Source of the DNA: an uncultured Ignavibacteria bacterium
GTDB lineage: Bacteria; Zixibacteria; MSB-5A5; CAIYYT01
Length of the DNA stretch: 64,000 bases
Direction of reading: 5' to 3'
Assembly (NCBI GenBank): GCA_964584025.1
Contig: CAZOYE010000011.1
Span: 25,588-89,587, forward strand
The number at the start of each line of letters is the position of its first letter. Position 1 is the first letter of the stretch. This document shows, in pieces, positions 19,495-29,124 of this stretch. A program made the position numbers and the translations under genes. The notes beneath the pieces were generated by a model. It saw only the letters and a list, made by a program, of their open reading frames with translations. It ran no database searches and was not told the origin of the DNA.

Positions 19495-20195
19495 AGATTG
19501 GCGGTTTCTGAGGAGGTGATAACCTCTTTCTCAATATTGCCGTCGCGGATGTAGATGACCCGATTCGCATGCAGGGCGATGTCGGGTTCGTGGGTGACGA
19601 CGATAATCGTGTTTCCTTCGAGATGGAGTCGCGCAAACAGCCCCATGATTTCCTCGCCGGTCTTGGTATCGAGATTACCCGTCGGTTCGTCGGCGAGGAT
19701 GATCGACGGCTCGTTGACCAGCGCGCGAGCGATCGCGACGCGCTGGCGCTGGCCGCCTGAAAGCTCGTTAGGCTTGTGATACATGCGGTCGGACAAGTCG
19801 ACTAATTCGAGGGCGCGCTTGGCTTTTTCGATACGAGTTTTGGAATCGGTGCCGTTGTAGATCAGCGGTAACTCGACGTTGTGCAGAGCCGTCGCCCGGG
19901 CGAGCAGGTTAAAGGTCTGGAAGACAAAGCCGATTTCGCGGTTGCGAATCAGGGCGAGGTCGTCGTCGTTCATCTTGGCGACTTCCTTGCCGTTGAGCCG
20001 GTAGCTACCCTGCGACGGAGTATCGAGACAGCCGATCAGGTTCATCAGGGTGGACTTTCCGGAACCGGAGGGCCCCATGATCGCCAGGTATTCGCCTTTT
20101 TCGACATAGAAGTTGACTCCGCGCAACGCGTGGAGTTCTTCGCTGCCCATCTTGTAGGTTTTCCAGATGTTTTCGGTCTCGATCAGATGCATCAT
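19491..20195 (-). CDS. ABC transporter ATP-binding protein (MacB/LolD type)
   Basis: Walker [11 protein letters not shown], signature [15 protein letters not shown], Walker [13 protein letters not shown]. Confidence 0.9.
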   Translation of the reverse strand: MMHLIETENIWKTYKMGSEELHALRGVNFYVEKGEYLAIMGPSGSGKSTLMNLIGCLDTPSQGSYRLNGKEVAKMNDDDLALIRNREIGFVFQTFNLLARATALHNVELPLIYNGTDSKTRIEKAKRALELVDLSDRMYHKPNELSGGQRQRVAIARALVNEPSIILADEPTGNLDTKTGEEIMGLFARLHLEGNTIIVVTHEPDIALHANRVIYIRDGNIEKEVITSSETANL

Positions 20196-21496
20196 TTCTC
20201 TGTTACTACTTTCGGCGCCGCTTCAACTTTGACCTTGGCTCCGTCTTCCAGCGATCGCAGCACCCGATAGCTGCCGGAGACGATTTCGTCGTCGACGGCC
20301 AATCCTTCGACGATTTCGAGATTCTGTTGGTCGGAAATGCCGGTCTTGACAGTGACGAATTTGGCCACGCCATCTTTGATCACAAAGACACCTTCAATCT
20401 CTTTGGGCTTGGCTGCCTCGTTACTGCTTACAGTCGCGGCTGATTCAACCTCGGCAGCAATCGCGCCGCCGGACGCCGGTTCCTTCGCAGGAGCCTTATC
20501 AAGTGTGTCGATCTTCTCCGGCCGCATCACGACGGCCTGAATCGGGACATACAGGATGTCCTTCTGGCGTGCCACCTCGATATCGGCCGTGGCTGTCATG
20601 CCCGGCTTAATCCCCGGGACGTCATCGGTCAGTAGAATCTTGACGAGGAAATTGGTGACGCGATCAGAAAGCGATGAACCACTCGACTGGGCGGCATTGC
20701 CGATCTCCGAGACTTCTCCCGTGAAAGTTGTGTCGGGAAAGGCGTCCACCGCGATCCTAGCCGGTTGTCCCAGGTGGAGTTTGGCGACGTCGGTTTCGTC
20801 GACTTCGACTTCGACCTCGATTGTGGACAAGTCCGCGACGGTCATAATGACGGTACCGGGATTGTTCATCGTACCGATCATGACGATTTCACCCACTTCA
20901 GCGTTTAATGCCACGATCGTGCCGTCGATCGGCGACGTAATCAGCGTTTTGCGCAGGATGTCGCGTTCCTGTTCGAGCACGGCGATCTGTTGTTTGGTCA
21001 GGAACTGGGAGGACTCATAGTTGGCCTGGGCGACCTGAAAGGAGGTCTCGGCCTGGATATGTTGTTCCTCTGAGATCAATTGCGCCGCGAAGAGCTTTTT
21101 GGCGCGTTCGAAATTCTGGCGCGCCTCGATCAAGCTGGCTTCGGCGCGTTTTTCCGACGCCCGGGCCGAGGCAACGGCGGCTTCCGCCTGGCTGACCGCG
21201 GCTTCATAGCGAGTCGGATCGAGACGGACGAGCACGGCGCCGGCTTTCACTTCATCGCCTTCGCGCACCGGCAGATCGATGATCTTGGCGGAGACGTCCG
21301 CCGAGATCTTTACGGTGGTGCGGGCTTCAACCGCGCCTGTGGCTGTGACCTCCGAAGTGATTTCGCCCTTCTTCACTTTTTCGGTCTGCACCGAGGACAC
21401 ATTGCCACCCTCGCGGCTCATATTGGCGACGACAAAGATCACCAACAGGAGCACGACCCCGGCGACAATGAAAATGTTCCGTTTCTTCTTAGTCAT
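20192..21496 (-). CDS. efflux transporter periplasmic adaptor subunit (HlyD/MacA family)
   Basis: N-terminal transmembrane anchor, coiled-coil hairpin (Ala/Glu/Gln-rich), then beta-barrel/MP domains. Confidence 0.8.
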   Translation of the reverse strand: MTKKKRNIFIVAGVVLLLVIFVVANMSREGGNVSSVQTEKVKKGEITSEVTATGAVEARTTVKISADVSAKIIDLPVREGDEVKAGAVLVRLDPTRYEAAVSQAEAAVASARASEKRAEASLIEARQNFERAKKLFAAQLISEEQHIQAETSFQVAQANYESSQFLTKQQIAVLEQERDILRKTLITSPIDGTIVALNAEVGEIVMIGTMNNPGTVIMTVADLSTIEVEVEVDETDVAKLHLGQPARIAVDAFPDTTFTGEVSEIGNAAQSSGSSLSDRVTNFLVKILLTDDVPGIKPGMTATADIEVARQKDILYVPIQAVVMRPEKIDTLDKAPAKEPASGGAIAAEVESAATVSSNEAAKPKEIEGVFVIKDGVAKFVTVKTGISDQQNLEIVEGLAVDDEIVSGSYRVLRSLEDGAKVKVEAAPKVVTEK

Positions 21497-21551
21497 TATT
21501 CAACTCCACGAGTACCCACTCTCAGCAGCCCAACTGGACTGCCATCGGCAA

Positions 21552-22877
21552 TTACATTTGGCCGAGAGAACGCGCCATCGCGGCCACGGCCAGATTCAGC
21601 TCATACAGCGCCTGAATGCGCGAATACTGCGCGTTCGTCAACGAAACTTGCGCGTCGAGCAGTTCAAGAATTGAGGACGCACCGAGACGGTAGCGTTCCT
21701 GCTGCAGTTTCATGTCTTCTTCGGCCGAGCGCTCGGCCAACAGGGCGGCTTCGTGCTGCAGGCGCGCTTTCTGGATGTCGAGATAGGCTTGCCGCACGTT
21801 GAAGACGAGAATGTTGCGCTCGGAGTCATAGTTTTCACGGGCGGTCAACTCGGTCAACTTGGCGCGCGAATAGGCGGTTTTCTTGGTGAAGCCGTCGAAG
21901 AGGCCGTACGACATGCTGATGCCGAAGGAATAGGCGCCGTTGTCGCGCTTGTAAGAGAACCATTCGCCCGATTCGCGCGTGTTCCAACTCCAGGAGAGAC
22001 CGCCACTAATGTTCGGCACCCAGGAGCGCTTGGATATCCAGGTGCCGGCGCGGGCGGCGTCGTAGTTGGCTTTGGTCGCCTTCAGTCCCGGGTTTTCTTC
22101 GAAGGCTGTCTTGATGCAGTCGTCGAGCGACCGCGTGATATCGGCTCGCCCGAGCGTATCGAGCGGTTGCACGGGGAGACTGACATCGCGATTCATCAGG
22201 ATGTTGAGATTAAACTCGGCGGTCGTGATATCGTTGACGCGCTCGAGCAGACGCAACGAGTCGTTGGCAACGTTGACTTCGGCTTTGAGTTTCTCCGAAA
22301 GCGAAGCCGAGCCCAGCTCGTAACGACTGGTGGTCACTTCGAGTTGTTTCTTTGAGCGCGCGAGGGCGTCCTCTTGAACGCGGCGAAGCATATGGGCGCT
22401 GACCAAGCCGTAGTAGGCCTGGCGCACGTTGTAGGCCGTCGAGAGGATTTGTTGACGCAGATCATTGCGCGATGCTGTGCGCGCGAGCGAGTTGCGTTTG
22501 ATATTGAACCAAGTCGCACCACCATCAAACAATGTCATCGAAATGGAGAGCCCGGTGGAATAAGACTTCGTGCCGGGGACTTCGACCTCGATCCCAACGT
22601 CGGGGTTGTACTGCGAGCCGAACGATTTGCTATAGTTGTAGCGGGCCGAGGTGGAAACACTGGGAAGTGCCTCGCCCCAGGCGTCCCACAGGTCCCATTT
22701 CGAGCTCTTATAATTGTTGGTCGCTGCAATGACACCCATGTTGCGCTCGAGCGCGATATCGATGCACTGCTGGAGGGTGAGGCCGTCGGACTGGGCTGAG
22801 ATGCCCGCCTCCGGCGCTATTCCCCAAATGATGACAAACAGGCCAATCAGGATGGTGGTGTTGCGCAATAAAGCCAT
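21552..22877 (-). CDS. TolC-family outer membrane efflux protein
   Basis: Signal peptide plus two internally repeated halves with coiled-coil segments typical of outer-membrane factors. Confidence 0.8.
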   Translation of the reverse strand: MALLRNTTILIGLFVIIWGIAPEAGISAQSDGLTLQQCIDIALERNMGVIAATNNYKSSKWDLWDAWGEALPSVSTSARYNYSKSFGSQYNPDVGIEVEVPGTKSYSTGLSISMTLFDGGATWFNIKRNSLARTASRNDLRQQILSTAYNVRQAYYGLVSAHMLRRVQEDALARSKKQLEVTTSRYELGSASLSEKLKAEVNVANDSLRLLERVNDITTAEFNLNILMNRDVSLPVQPLDTLGRADITRSLDDCIKTAFEENPGLKATKANYDAARAGTWISKRSWVPNISGGLSWSWNTRESGEWFSYKRDNGAYSFGISMSYGLFDGFTKKTAYSRAKLTELTARENYDSERNILVFNVRQAYLDIQKARLQHEAALLAERSAEEDMKLQQERYRLGASSILELLDAQVSLTNAQYSRIQALYELNLAVAAMARSLGQM

Positions 22878-22914
22878 TTAATGCTCCTTAAAGGTTGCTG
22901 AACAAATTCCTACC

Positions 22915-23646
22915 TTAGAACGCCATTGACAGGCCGGTAGTGATCAACGCCAAAACCGCGACGGGAATCAACACGGTCATCGCTGCCCGGCCCGTCTGGA
23001 AGTTGTACAGTACTTTGACGCCGATGATTAACAAGATTATCTGCCAAATGATAAAGACGTCGGTGTAAGTGTTGAGGAAGCTGTACAACGGCGACTCCAA
23101 CGTCTTGAGATCGCTCGGCAACATGAGTGCCAGTGATGTGCGAATATCGATCGAATCCTTGGCAAGCATCAGGGGCAGCTTGACGATCGTCGAAATCACC
23201 CAGGTCATGAAAGAGAGGCAGACTATTGTTAGAAGCTGCACAAAGCGCGCAGAGCCGCCCAGGATGACATTCCCCATGAGAATCAAAAGGCCGGCGCAAA
23301 TGACCATGATGATGCCCCACATGATCGGAGCTGTAATCACGCCGATGATGCGCCCAAACTTCTGGCCCATTTCGTAGTTCTGTTCCGCCTGGGCTTTTTG
23401 TTCCGGGGTGTAGCGGTCGGATTGCATCATGATTTCGTGCCCGTGCTTCATCGCCATCGGTGTGATGATCCAGGCAGAGGCAGTGAAAATCAAGAGAATC
23501 ACTACGAACGGAATGACCCATGCCGGCTTTTCCTTGACGACTTGAAAGACCTTGGTTGGTGAAAACAAGACATTCACCAACATAGACCAAGGCGACATTG
23601 ATTTTGTTTCAGTTACAGGCGTTTGAACGTTATCAAATTCGGTCAT
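22915..23646 (-). CDS. Yip1-domain membrane protein
   Basis: Five predicted transmembrane helices in the Yip1/DUF1282 pattern. Start taken at the internal Met (MTEFDNV), which has a GGGAGG RBS and lies downstream of the sigma-54 element. Confidence 0.6.
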   Translation of the reverse strand: MTEFDNVQTPVTETKSMSPWSMLVNVLFSPTKVFQVVKEKPAWVIPFVVILLIFTASAWIITPMAMKHGHEIMMQSDRYTPEQKAQAEQNYEMGQKFGRIIGVITAPIMWGIIMVICAGLLILMGNVILGGSARFVQLLTIVCLSFMTWVISTIVKLPLMLAKDSIDIRTSLALMLPSDLKTLESPLYSFLNTYTDVFIIWQIILLIIGVKVLYNFQTGRAAMTVLIPVAVLALITTGLSMAF

Positions 23647-23706
23647 ATTACCTCCCTCGACCAGTCTTGACGAACGCAACTTATGAGCAAAAGTTTCAAA
23701 AAACAA

Positions 23707-23723
23707 CCGCTAAGGGTGTGCCA
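23707..23723 (-). promoter_or_regulatory. sigma-54-type -24/-12 element upstream of the yip1-tolC-macAB operon
   Basis: Minus strand TTGGCACACCCTTAGCG: TGGCAC-N5-TAGC, with GG/GC spacing 12 and one mismatch in the -12 box. Confidence 0.4.
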
Positions 23724-23802
23724 ATCAAGATGATATCGGGCGACCTTGGCGATAGCGTTCACAAAGTTCGACCCATGTTCGGGCGATCGGCTTGCGGAGC
23801 TT

Positions 23803-23834
23803 CAAGAAAAAGGCCGGAGCTTTCGCACCGGCCT
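23803..23834 (-). terminator. Rho-independent terminator after the lipoprotein gene
   Basis: 8-bp stem AAGGCCGG/CCGGCCTT with a 10-nt loop. On the minus strand it is followed by TTTTTCTT. Confidence 0.6.
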
Positions 23835-23860
23835 TGAAGACGCTCAGGGACAGTTTTCGA

Positions 23861-24889
23861 TCAGCGTTTCACGAACACTGCTTCGATCACCGGGAAAGTC
23901 ACGCCGGCGACGGAGCCCATCGGGAAATTCGTGCGGCGCGCATCGCCATTCTGTGTTTCAGTCCTGGCCGGGGCATTGCCACGCAGGACAACCAGATTTG
24001 ACGGGCGACGCAGGTCGTTATCAGGGTTCGGTTCGACGGTAATGAATGCGGTTCCGCCCTGCATACAATCCAGCGGCCAGCGCAGCTCCGGAATCCACGC
24101 GGGTCGGTTTTCCAGGAAGTCCTCACCGGGGAAATTGGGGATTGCCCGGAGCTTGCAATGCACGTTGTTATAATCCTGGTAATCGGCGTAGAAGAATTTC
24201 CCCGTGGAGACGGTGTCGCCAATGGCGGTCGCCAACCAGCCTTCGTAGAGATATCCGGTATCAGGAAGCACCGGAAGTTCGAGGGAGACATCGTATTGTT
24301 CTTCGTTTTCAACGCCGGCGCCGCCCACGACGAGACTGAAGAACCAGAGGCCGTAGCGCTCGAGCGCTTTGTCGGGCTCACCCATTTCCTTCCAGTTGCC
24401 ATCCGAGTAGGTGCCGATGTTGAAGCTAGCTGAAGGCACACCGTCAAAGTTGACCGGGAAGCGCATCATCGTTGTGCGGTCGCGGACGATCTCGCTCTGG
24501 GCCACGATGGAGGCCGAGGGTCCCGGATCCGGGTCGTTCGGGAACTGCTCGAGAGTAATGGCGATCAGATTGTAGTCATAGACGTTGACTTTTGCTTCGA
24601 AGACGGAGTCGATTTGCGGGCGACCGGTCGCCGTAGAATAGAACTTGTACTCGTACTCGCTCCAGAAGAAAGTACCGAAGGAGACTTGCTCGGTCCAAAT
24701 ACCATCTTCGGTTGTCTTGACCAGCCAGCCTTCATAGGCGAGGCCCTCGAAGAGGGTCGGGAAACGATCTGGCCGCAGCAATACCGAATTAAAGCCGCTA
24801 TCATTGCCATCTGGTGGATCATCACCGCACCCGGCGATCGCCAAGAGGGCAAGCAAACACACACCCCACACCGTCAGATTTCTTAGCAT
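23861..24889 (-). CDS. lipoprotein of unknown function with an internal duplication
   Basis: Lipobox LLAIAGC. Two related segments (YEGWLVKTTEDG...GTFFWSEYEY and YEGWLATAIGDT...GKFFYADYQDY). Confidence 0.6.
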   Translation of the reverse strand: MLRNLTVWGVCLLALLAIAGCGDDPPDGNDSGFNSVLLRPDRFPTLFEGLAYEGWLVKTTEDGIWTEQVSFGTFFWSEYEYKFYSTATGRPQIDSVFEAKVNVYDYNLIAITLEQFPNDPDPGPSASIVAQSEIVRDRTTMMRFPVNFDGVPSASFNIGTYSDGNWKEMGEPDKALERYGLWFFSLVVGGAGVENEEQYDVSLELPVLPDTGYLYEGWLATAIGDTVSTGKFFYADYQDYNNVHCKLRAIPNFPGEDFLENRPAWIPELRWPLDCMQGGTAFITVEPNPDNDLRRPSNLVVLRGNAPARTETQNGDARRTNFPMGSVAGVTFPVIEAVFVKR

Positions 24890-25085
24890 TTCTGGCTTAC
24901 CTCCCAAACTATATAGAAAACAACAACTTCCAACGTCATAGAACCCTAAGGATATTTCCAGCTCGAAACAGTGTCAAGCGATTATTTTCCCTGTCCTTAT
25001 GACGCGCGAAGGGCTGAAATGCTAAATCCGCGCCGCAGAAGTGTCGATACTTAAAATGATCTAAACCGATAACAGCGGGAGGCTT

Positions 25086-27293
25086 ATGATCGAGTGCAGC
25101 AAGTGCGGCTCAGAAAATCACTTTGACGGCGCAGTGTTTTGCAAGAATTGCGGTGAAGAGCTAGGTAAGGCCGTAGCGGTCGACGTCGCCGAGCAACCAG
25201 AAACGAGGATCGAGGCAGCCCCGGTTAAGCCGGAGGCAACAGCCGATGATGCCGAATTCACGGTGGAAGATGTTGCGGATCCAGATGATCCGGTAGACAA
25301 TCGACCGGAGCCGCGCAGCGAAGGCGGCGGGATCGACAAGCTGCTGAGCCTTTACGGCAACGAATCCAAGGTGGAAGCGGCGCGCTCGCTCGACGAGCCC
25401 GAGAACGCAGGATCGCCGACGCTCGGAATCGAATCAGCCTCCGATTTTCTGATGCGCACTCAAGAAACCGACTCAGAAAGCAAGCCTTCCGTCGAGTCAA
25501 AGACTGAGCGCAACGATGAGCCAAGCGACAACGAAGCTGAAGCCGCTGCCCGCCGCAATCAAGAGATTCTGAGCCGACTCAAGCCGCTCGAAGAGAATGC
25601 TGCTTCCGAGCCGGCCACGGCCGGAAATGTTGAGAGCGGCCAGGTCTCCGCTGCCGACAAAGGGCAGTTACTCGATCGCCTGAACAAATCGCTCCATGTC
25701 GAGCCAAAGTCGCAGGAAGAAGTCGTGGCGGAGTTCAAAGATCCGCTGGGTAATTCACGCTCACTTCGCAACAGCGAACCCGCAACCGTAACCAGTACCT
25801 CCTCGGTTGAGGTCGACGACTCGACCGAGACGCAAGTCGCGGAGCCGCTGTCGCTCACGGCGATTTCCGCTGAACGCGAGTTGGCCGCTTTAAGAAAGCA
25901 GGCGGTCTATTTGCGCGGGCAGAAGCTGACGCTGCCGAAGAACGTCAACTTGCGAAATGGCGACGAGGTCACAATTCAAGGTCAGGAGTACACGGTCAAA
26001 CCGGGCACGCTGGACCGGCGCAATCTGATCATTGGCGCGGCAGCGGTGGCGATCGTAATGATCGTCCTGATCGCGCAGAGTTTCCGGACTCCGGTGACAC
26101 CAAAGGCTACGATCTTCGGCGTGGTGACGAACTCGGAAAGCAGCGAAGTGCTCGCGGGAGTCACGATTAGTATTCCGAGCTTAAATCTGATGACGGTCAC
26201 CGACGAACAGGGCGTGTTTAAGTTTGTGGGGCTTGCCGACGGTCGCTACGATGTCAAGATGGAAGGGGAGCTTTACGAAGAGCGCTATTTCCCTCTCATC
26301 GTCCAAAACGGCCAGTCGGATATCATGTACGGCAGTGTCACGCCGATACTGCCGAAGTCGCGCTCGACAAACATCCGTTCAGTGCAACCCCAGGCAAGCG
26401 TGCCCACCGAAGTCAAGTCGGACTACGGCATGCTGACTGTGAACTGCAACGTGCCGGAGGCGCAAGTGTTTCTTGACGGGAAATCCGCCGGTAAGGTTGC
26501 GCAGGTTCTCAAGCGGATCCGCCCGGGCAATCGCTCGCTGGAAGTGCGCGCGGAGGGCTACGCCACGTTTGCGCAGCCGGTGGAGATCGTCGAGGGCGAG
26601 AGCACGGAACTGGCGATTACGCTGCAGTCGTTGCAGCCCGATCAGCCTACCGAGTACTCGGCGCAAGATTTCTTCGACCAGGCTGAGGCTTTGGCAGGAG
26701 AACAGAAATACACCGAGGCTGTCGGCTATTATACGCTGGCGCTGGCGAAGGACAACACCATGGTTCGCGCCTACTTGCGGCGTGCCGAGGCTCACCTCGC
26801 GGCCGGCAAGAAGCTCAATGCGCGAGCCGACTATCGTTCGGCGGCAGATCTCTACCTCAACTCAGGGCAATACTCACAGGCGATTGTCTGCTACGACAAG
26901 ATTCTCGAATTCCAACCCAATGCTTCCGACGCCTTGACGCTGCGCGGCTGGGCCAAGATCAACTCCGGCAGCTACGATGGCGGAATTGGCGATCTGGAGC
27001 AGGCGTTGCTCTTGTCGCCCGAAGACGTGCAGGCGCAGATTGATTTGGGGAAGGCGCTGTACATCGTCGGTAGATACAAAGATTCAGAGAAGCACCTGAA
27101 GAGGCTCAAGAAGGCGGCGGAAGAGAGTCCGGAGATATTCGGCTACCTGGCATTGACGCACCTGGCTCAGGGCGATGAAAGCGACGCGCGGAAGAACTAT
27201 GAGCAGTTCCGCAAGCGCGCGAACTCGGCGCTCGTAGCCAGAATGTCAACGGAGTCAGGCTGGCAACGCCTGACGGCACTCGCCGGCAATTGA
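25086..27293 (+). CDS. zinc-ribbon / PEGA / TPR-repeat membrane protein
   Basis: N-terminal CxxC...CxxC zinc ribbon (CSKCGSEN...CKNCGEE). Long acidic low-complexity linker. Single transmembrane helix (LIIGAAAVAIVMIVLIAQSF). CarboxypepD_reg-like domain, a PEGA-like beta domain (GMLTVNCNVPEAQVFLDGK...LEVRAEGY), and C-terminal TPR repeats. Confidence 0.7.
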   Translation: MIECSKCGSENHFDGAVFCKNCGEELGKAVAVDVAEQPETRIEAAPVKPEATADDAEFTVEDVADPDDPVDNRPEPRSEGGGIDKLLSLYGNESKVEAARSLDEPENAGSPTLGIESASDFLMRTQETDSESKPSVESKTERNDEPSDNEAEAAARRNQEILSRLKPLEENAASEPATAGNVESGQVSAADKGQLLDRLNKSLHVEPKSQEEVVAEFKDPLGNSRSLRNSEPATVTSTSSVEVDDSTETQVAEPLSLTAISAERELAALRKQAVYLRGQKLTLPKNVNLRNGDEVTIQGQEYTVKPGTLDRRNLIIGAAAVAIVMIVLIAQSFRTPVTPKATIFGVVTNSESSEVLAGVTISIPSLNLMTVTDEQGVFKFVGLADGRYDVKMEGELYEERYFPLIVQNGQSDIMYGSVTPILPKSRSTNIRSVQPQASVPTEVKSDYGMLTVNCNVPEAQVFLDGKSAGKVAQVLKRIRPGNRSLEVRAEGYATFAQPVEIVEGESTELAITLQSLQPDQPTEYSAQDFFDQAEALAGEQKYTEAVGYYTLALAKDNTMVRAYLRRAEAHLAAGKKLNARADYRSAADLYLNSGQYSQAIVCYDKILEFQPNASDALTLRGWAKINSGSYDGGIGDLEQALLLSPEDVQAQIDLGKALYIVGRYKDSEKHLKRLKKAAEESPEIFGYLALTHLAQGDESDARKNYEQFRKRANSALVARMSTESGWQRLTALAGN

Positions 27294-27311
27294 TCCAGAG
27301 TTCATACAATC

Positions 27312-27358
27312 GTTTTGCGGGGTCGCCAAGTACGTTGGCGACCCTGCTCTTTATTTAT
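27312..27358. terminator. bidirectional Rho-independent terminator between convergent genes
   Basis: 11-bp stem GGGGTCGCCAA/TTGGCGACCCT-like (27319-27329 / 27335-27344), with flanking TTTT on the 5' side and TGCTCTTTATTTAT on the 3' side. Confidence 0.65.
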
Positions 27359-27815
27359 GGTATGCGGAACCGGCGTTGATCGAGAGCGCGCGATAGAGTT
27401 GTTCTAATAGCACAACCTGGCACAACTCATGAGGCAGTGTCATCGGCGACAGGGAGAGTCTCTGCCGCCCCGGTTGGTCGAGACTTTTCGCCAAACCAAA
27501 GGCGCCGCCAATGACAAATTGCACGCAGGAATGACGCGACTGAGTCTTGTCGAGGAAGCGCGCAAGTCTCTCTGACGATATTTGCTCCCCCGCTTGATCC
27601 AAAAGGACGGTTAACGCCCTGGGATCGAGAGCAGCTTCGATACGCCCGGCTTCGAGAGCGAGACCGTCGCGGACCGATTGTCCGGTGCCGGCGTCGCGGA
27701 GTACGGTGAGCTTAAGCCGCGCATACTTCCCCAGCAGCTTGCTATAGTGATCGATGCCGCTTTGAATCCAGGCCGCTTTGACCTTACCGACAGCGATGAT
27801 TTCAAGAGTCAACAT
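27351..27815 (-). CDS. rlmH: 23S rRNA (pseudouridine1915-N3)-methyltransferase RlmH
   Basis: About 155-aa SPOUT protein. The MLTLEIIAVGKVK...HYSKLL N-terminus and overall layout are typical of RlmH. Confidence 0.75.
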   Translation of the reverse strand: MLTLEIIAVGKVKAAWIQSGIDHYSKLLGKYARLKLTVLRDAGTGQSVRDGLALEAGRIEAALDPRALTVLLDQAGEQISSERLARFLDKTQSRHSCVQFVIGGAFGLAKSLDQPGRQRLSLSPMTLPHELCQVVLLEQLYRALSINAGSAYHK

Positions 27816-28213
27816 TAGTGCGGGGCGATGCGAACGACGACTTCACGCCGGCGCGGACCGTCAAATTCGCAGAACAAGATTCCCTGCCAGGTGCCGAGCA
27901 GCAGGCGGCCGCCTTCGATCATAACGGTTTCTGAGCAGCCGACCAGCGAGGATTTGATATGCGCGTCGGAGTTGCCTTCGGCGTGACGATACTCATCTCT
28001 CTGAGGGAAGACTTGCTCGAGTTTGCGCAGGATGTCCGACTTTACCGCGGGGTCTGCGTTCTCATTGATCGTGATGGCGGCGGTAGTGTGCGGTGTAAAG
28101 ACGAAACAAAAACCTGTCGTGACGCCGGAGTTGGCGACCAGACGCTCGATATCAGGCGTCATGTCGATCATTTGCTGGCGAGACGAGGTTCGGATGGCGA
28201 GGCGTTCGATCAT
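27815..28213 (-). CDS. YjbQ-family protein (secondary thiamine-phosphate synthase-like, UPF0047)
   Basis: 132 aa. TGFCFVFTPHTTAAITINENADP...GTWQGILFCEFDGPRRR is characteristic of YjbQ. Confidence 0.75.
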   Translation of the reverse strand: MIERLAIRTSSRQQMIDMTPDIERLVANSGVTTGFCFVFTPHTTAAITINENADPAVKSDILRKLEQVFPQRDEYRHAEGNSDAHIKSSLVGCSETVMIEGGRLLLGTWQGILFCEFDGPRRREVVVRIAPH

Positions 28214-29124
28214 TCGAAAAGGGCCTCGACGAAGTCGCGGGGGTTGAATTCGTCCAGGTCGTCCATTTTTTCTCCGATGCCGATCAGAACGACCGGGAGC
28301 TGATACTTGTCGACGATCGAGAAGACGGCACCGCCCTTTGCCGTGCCGTCAAGCTTGGTGATGATGATGCCGTCGAGTTGCACGAGCCGATTGAAGATCT
28401 CGACTTGCTGCAGGGCGTTCTGCCCCGTGGTACCGTCGATAACGAGGAGGGTGCGGTGCGGCGCCGCGGGCATCGCTTTCTTGATTACGCGCTTGACCTT
28501 GCTGAGCTCTTCCATCAGGTTAGCCTTGGTGTGCAGACGGCCGGCGGTGTCGATAATCACGAGGTCGTCGCCGCGCGCCACGGCGGCATTGACTGAGTCG
28601 AACGCAACCGAAGCGCTATCGCCCCCTTCCTGCCCTTTCACGATGTTGCAGCCGACGCGCTCAGCCCAGATCGACAACTGGTCGATAGCGGCAGCGCGAA
28701 ACGTATCGGCGGCGGCCATAGTAACCTTCTTGCCATCGGCGTGGAAGCGGCGGGCGATCTTGGCGATCGAGGTGGTCTTGCCGGTACCGTTGACGCCGAC
28801 AATCATTATGACGTGAGGCTTCTCTGCAACGGAGAAAAACGAGCCGTTTGTCGGAGCGAACAGCTCCACCAAACAGTCTTTCAGTAAACGATAGACGTCT
28901 TCCGAGGCGTCGATTCCCTGCCGGGCGACCTTGTCCTTGAGGTTGCCCATCACTTTCTCGGCTGTTTCCATGCTGATGTCGGTGGTGATGAGAATCTCTT
29001 CGATTTCTTCGAGCAGGGCCTCGTCGACCTTTTTGTGAAGGCCGACCGCGGCTTTGATTTTAGTGACGAGGTTTTCCTTGGTTTTGAGGAGTCCTTGCGC
29101 CAGCTTCTTAAACGAGAAGCCCAT
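28210..29124 (-). CDS. ftsY: signal recognition particle receptor FtsY (NG domain only)
   Basis: SRP GTPase motifs GVNGTGKTTSIAKIA, DTAGR and TKLDGTAKGG. Confidence 0.9.
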   Translation of the reverse strand: MGFSFKKLAQGLLKTKENLVTKIKAAVGLHKKVDEALLEEIEEILITTDISMETAEKVMGNLKDKVARQGIDASEDVYRLLKDCLVELFAPTNGSFFSVAEKPHVIMIVGVNGTGKTTSIAKIARRFHADGKKVTMAAADTFRAAAIDQLSIWAERVGCNIVKGQEGGDSASVAFDSVNAAVARGDDLVIIDTAGRLHTKANLMEELSKVKRVIKKAMPAAPHRTLLVIDGTTGQNALQQVEIFNRLVQLDGIIITKLDGTAKGGAVFSIVDKYQLPVVLIGIGEKMDDLDEFNPRDFVEALFE

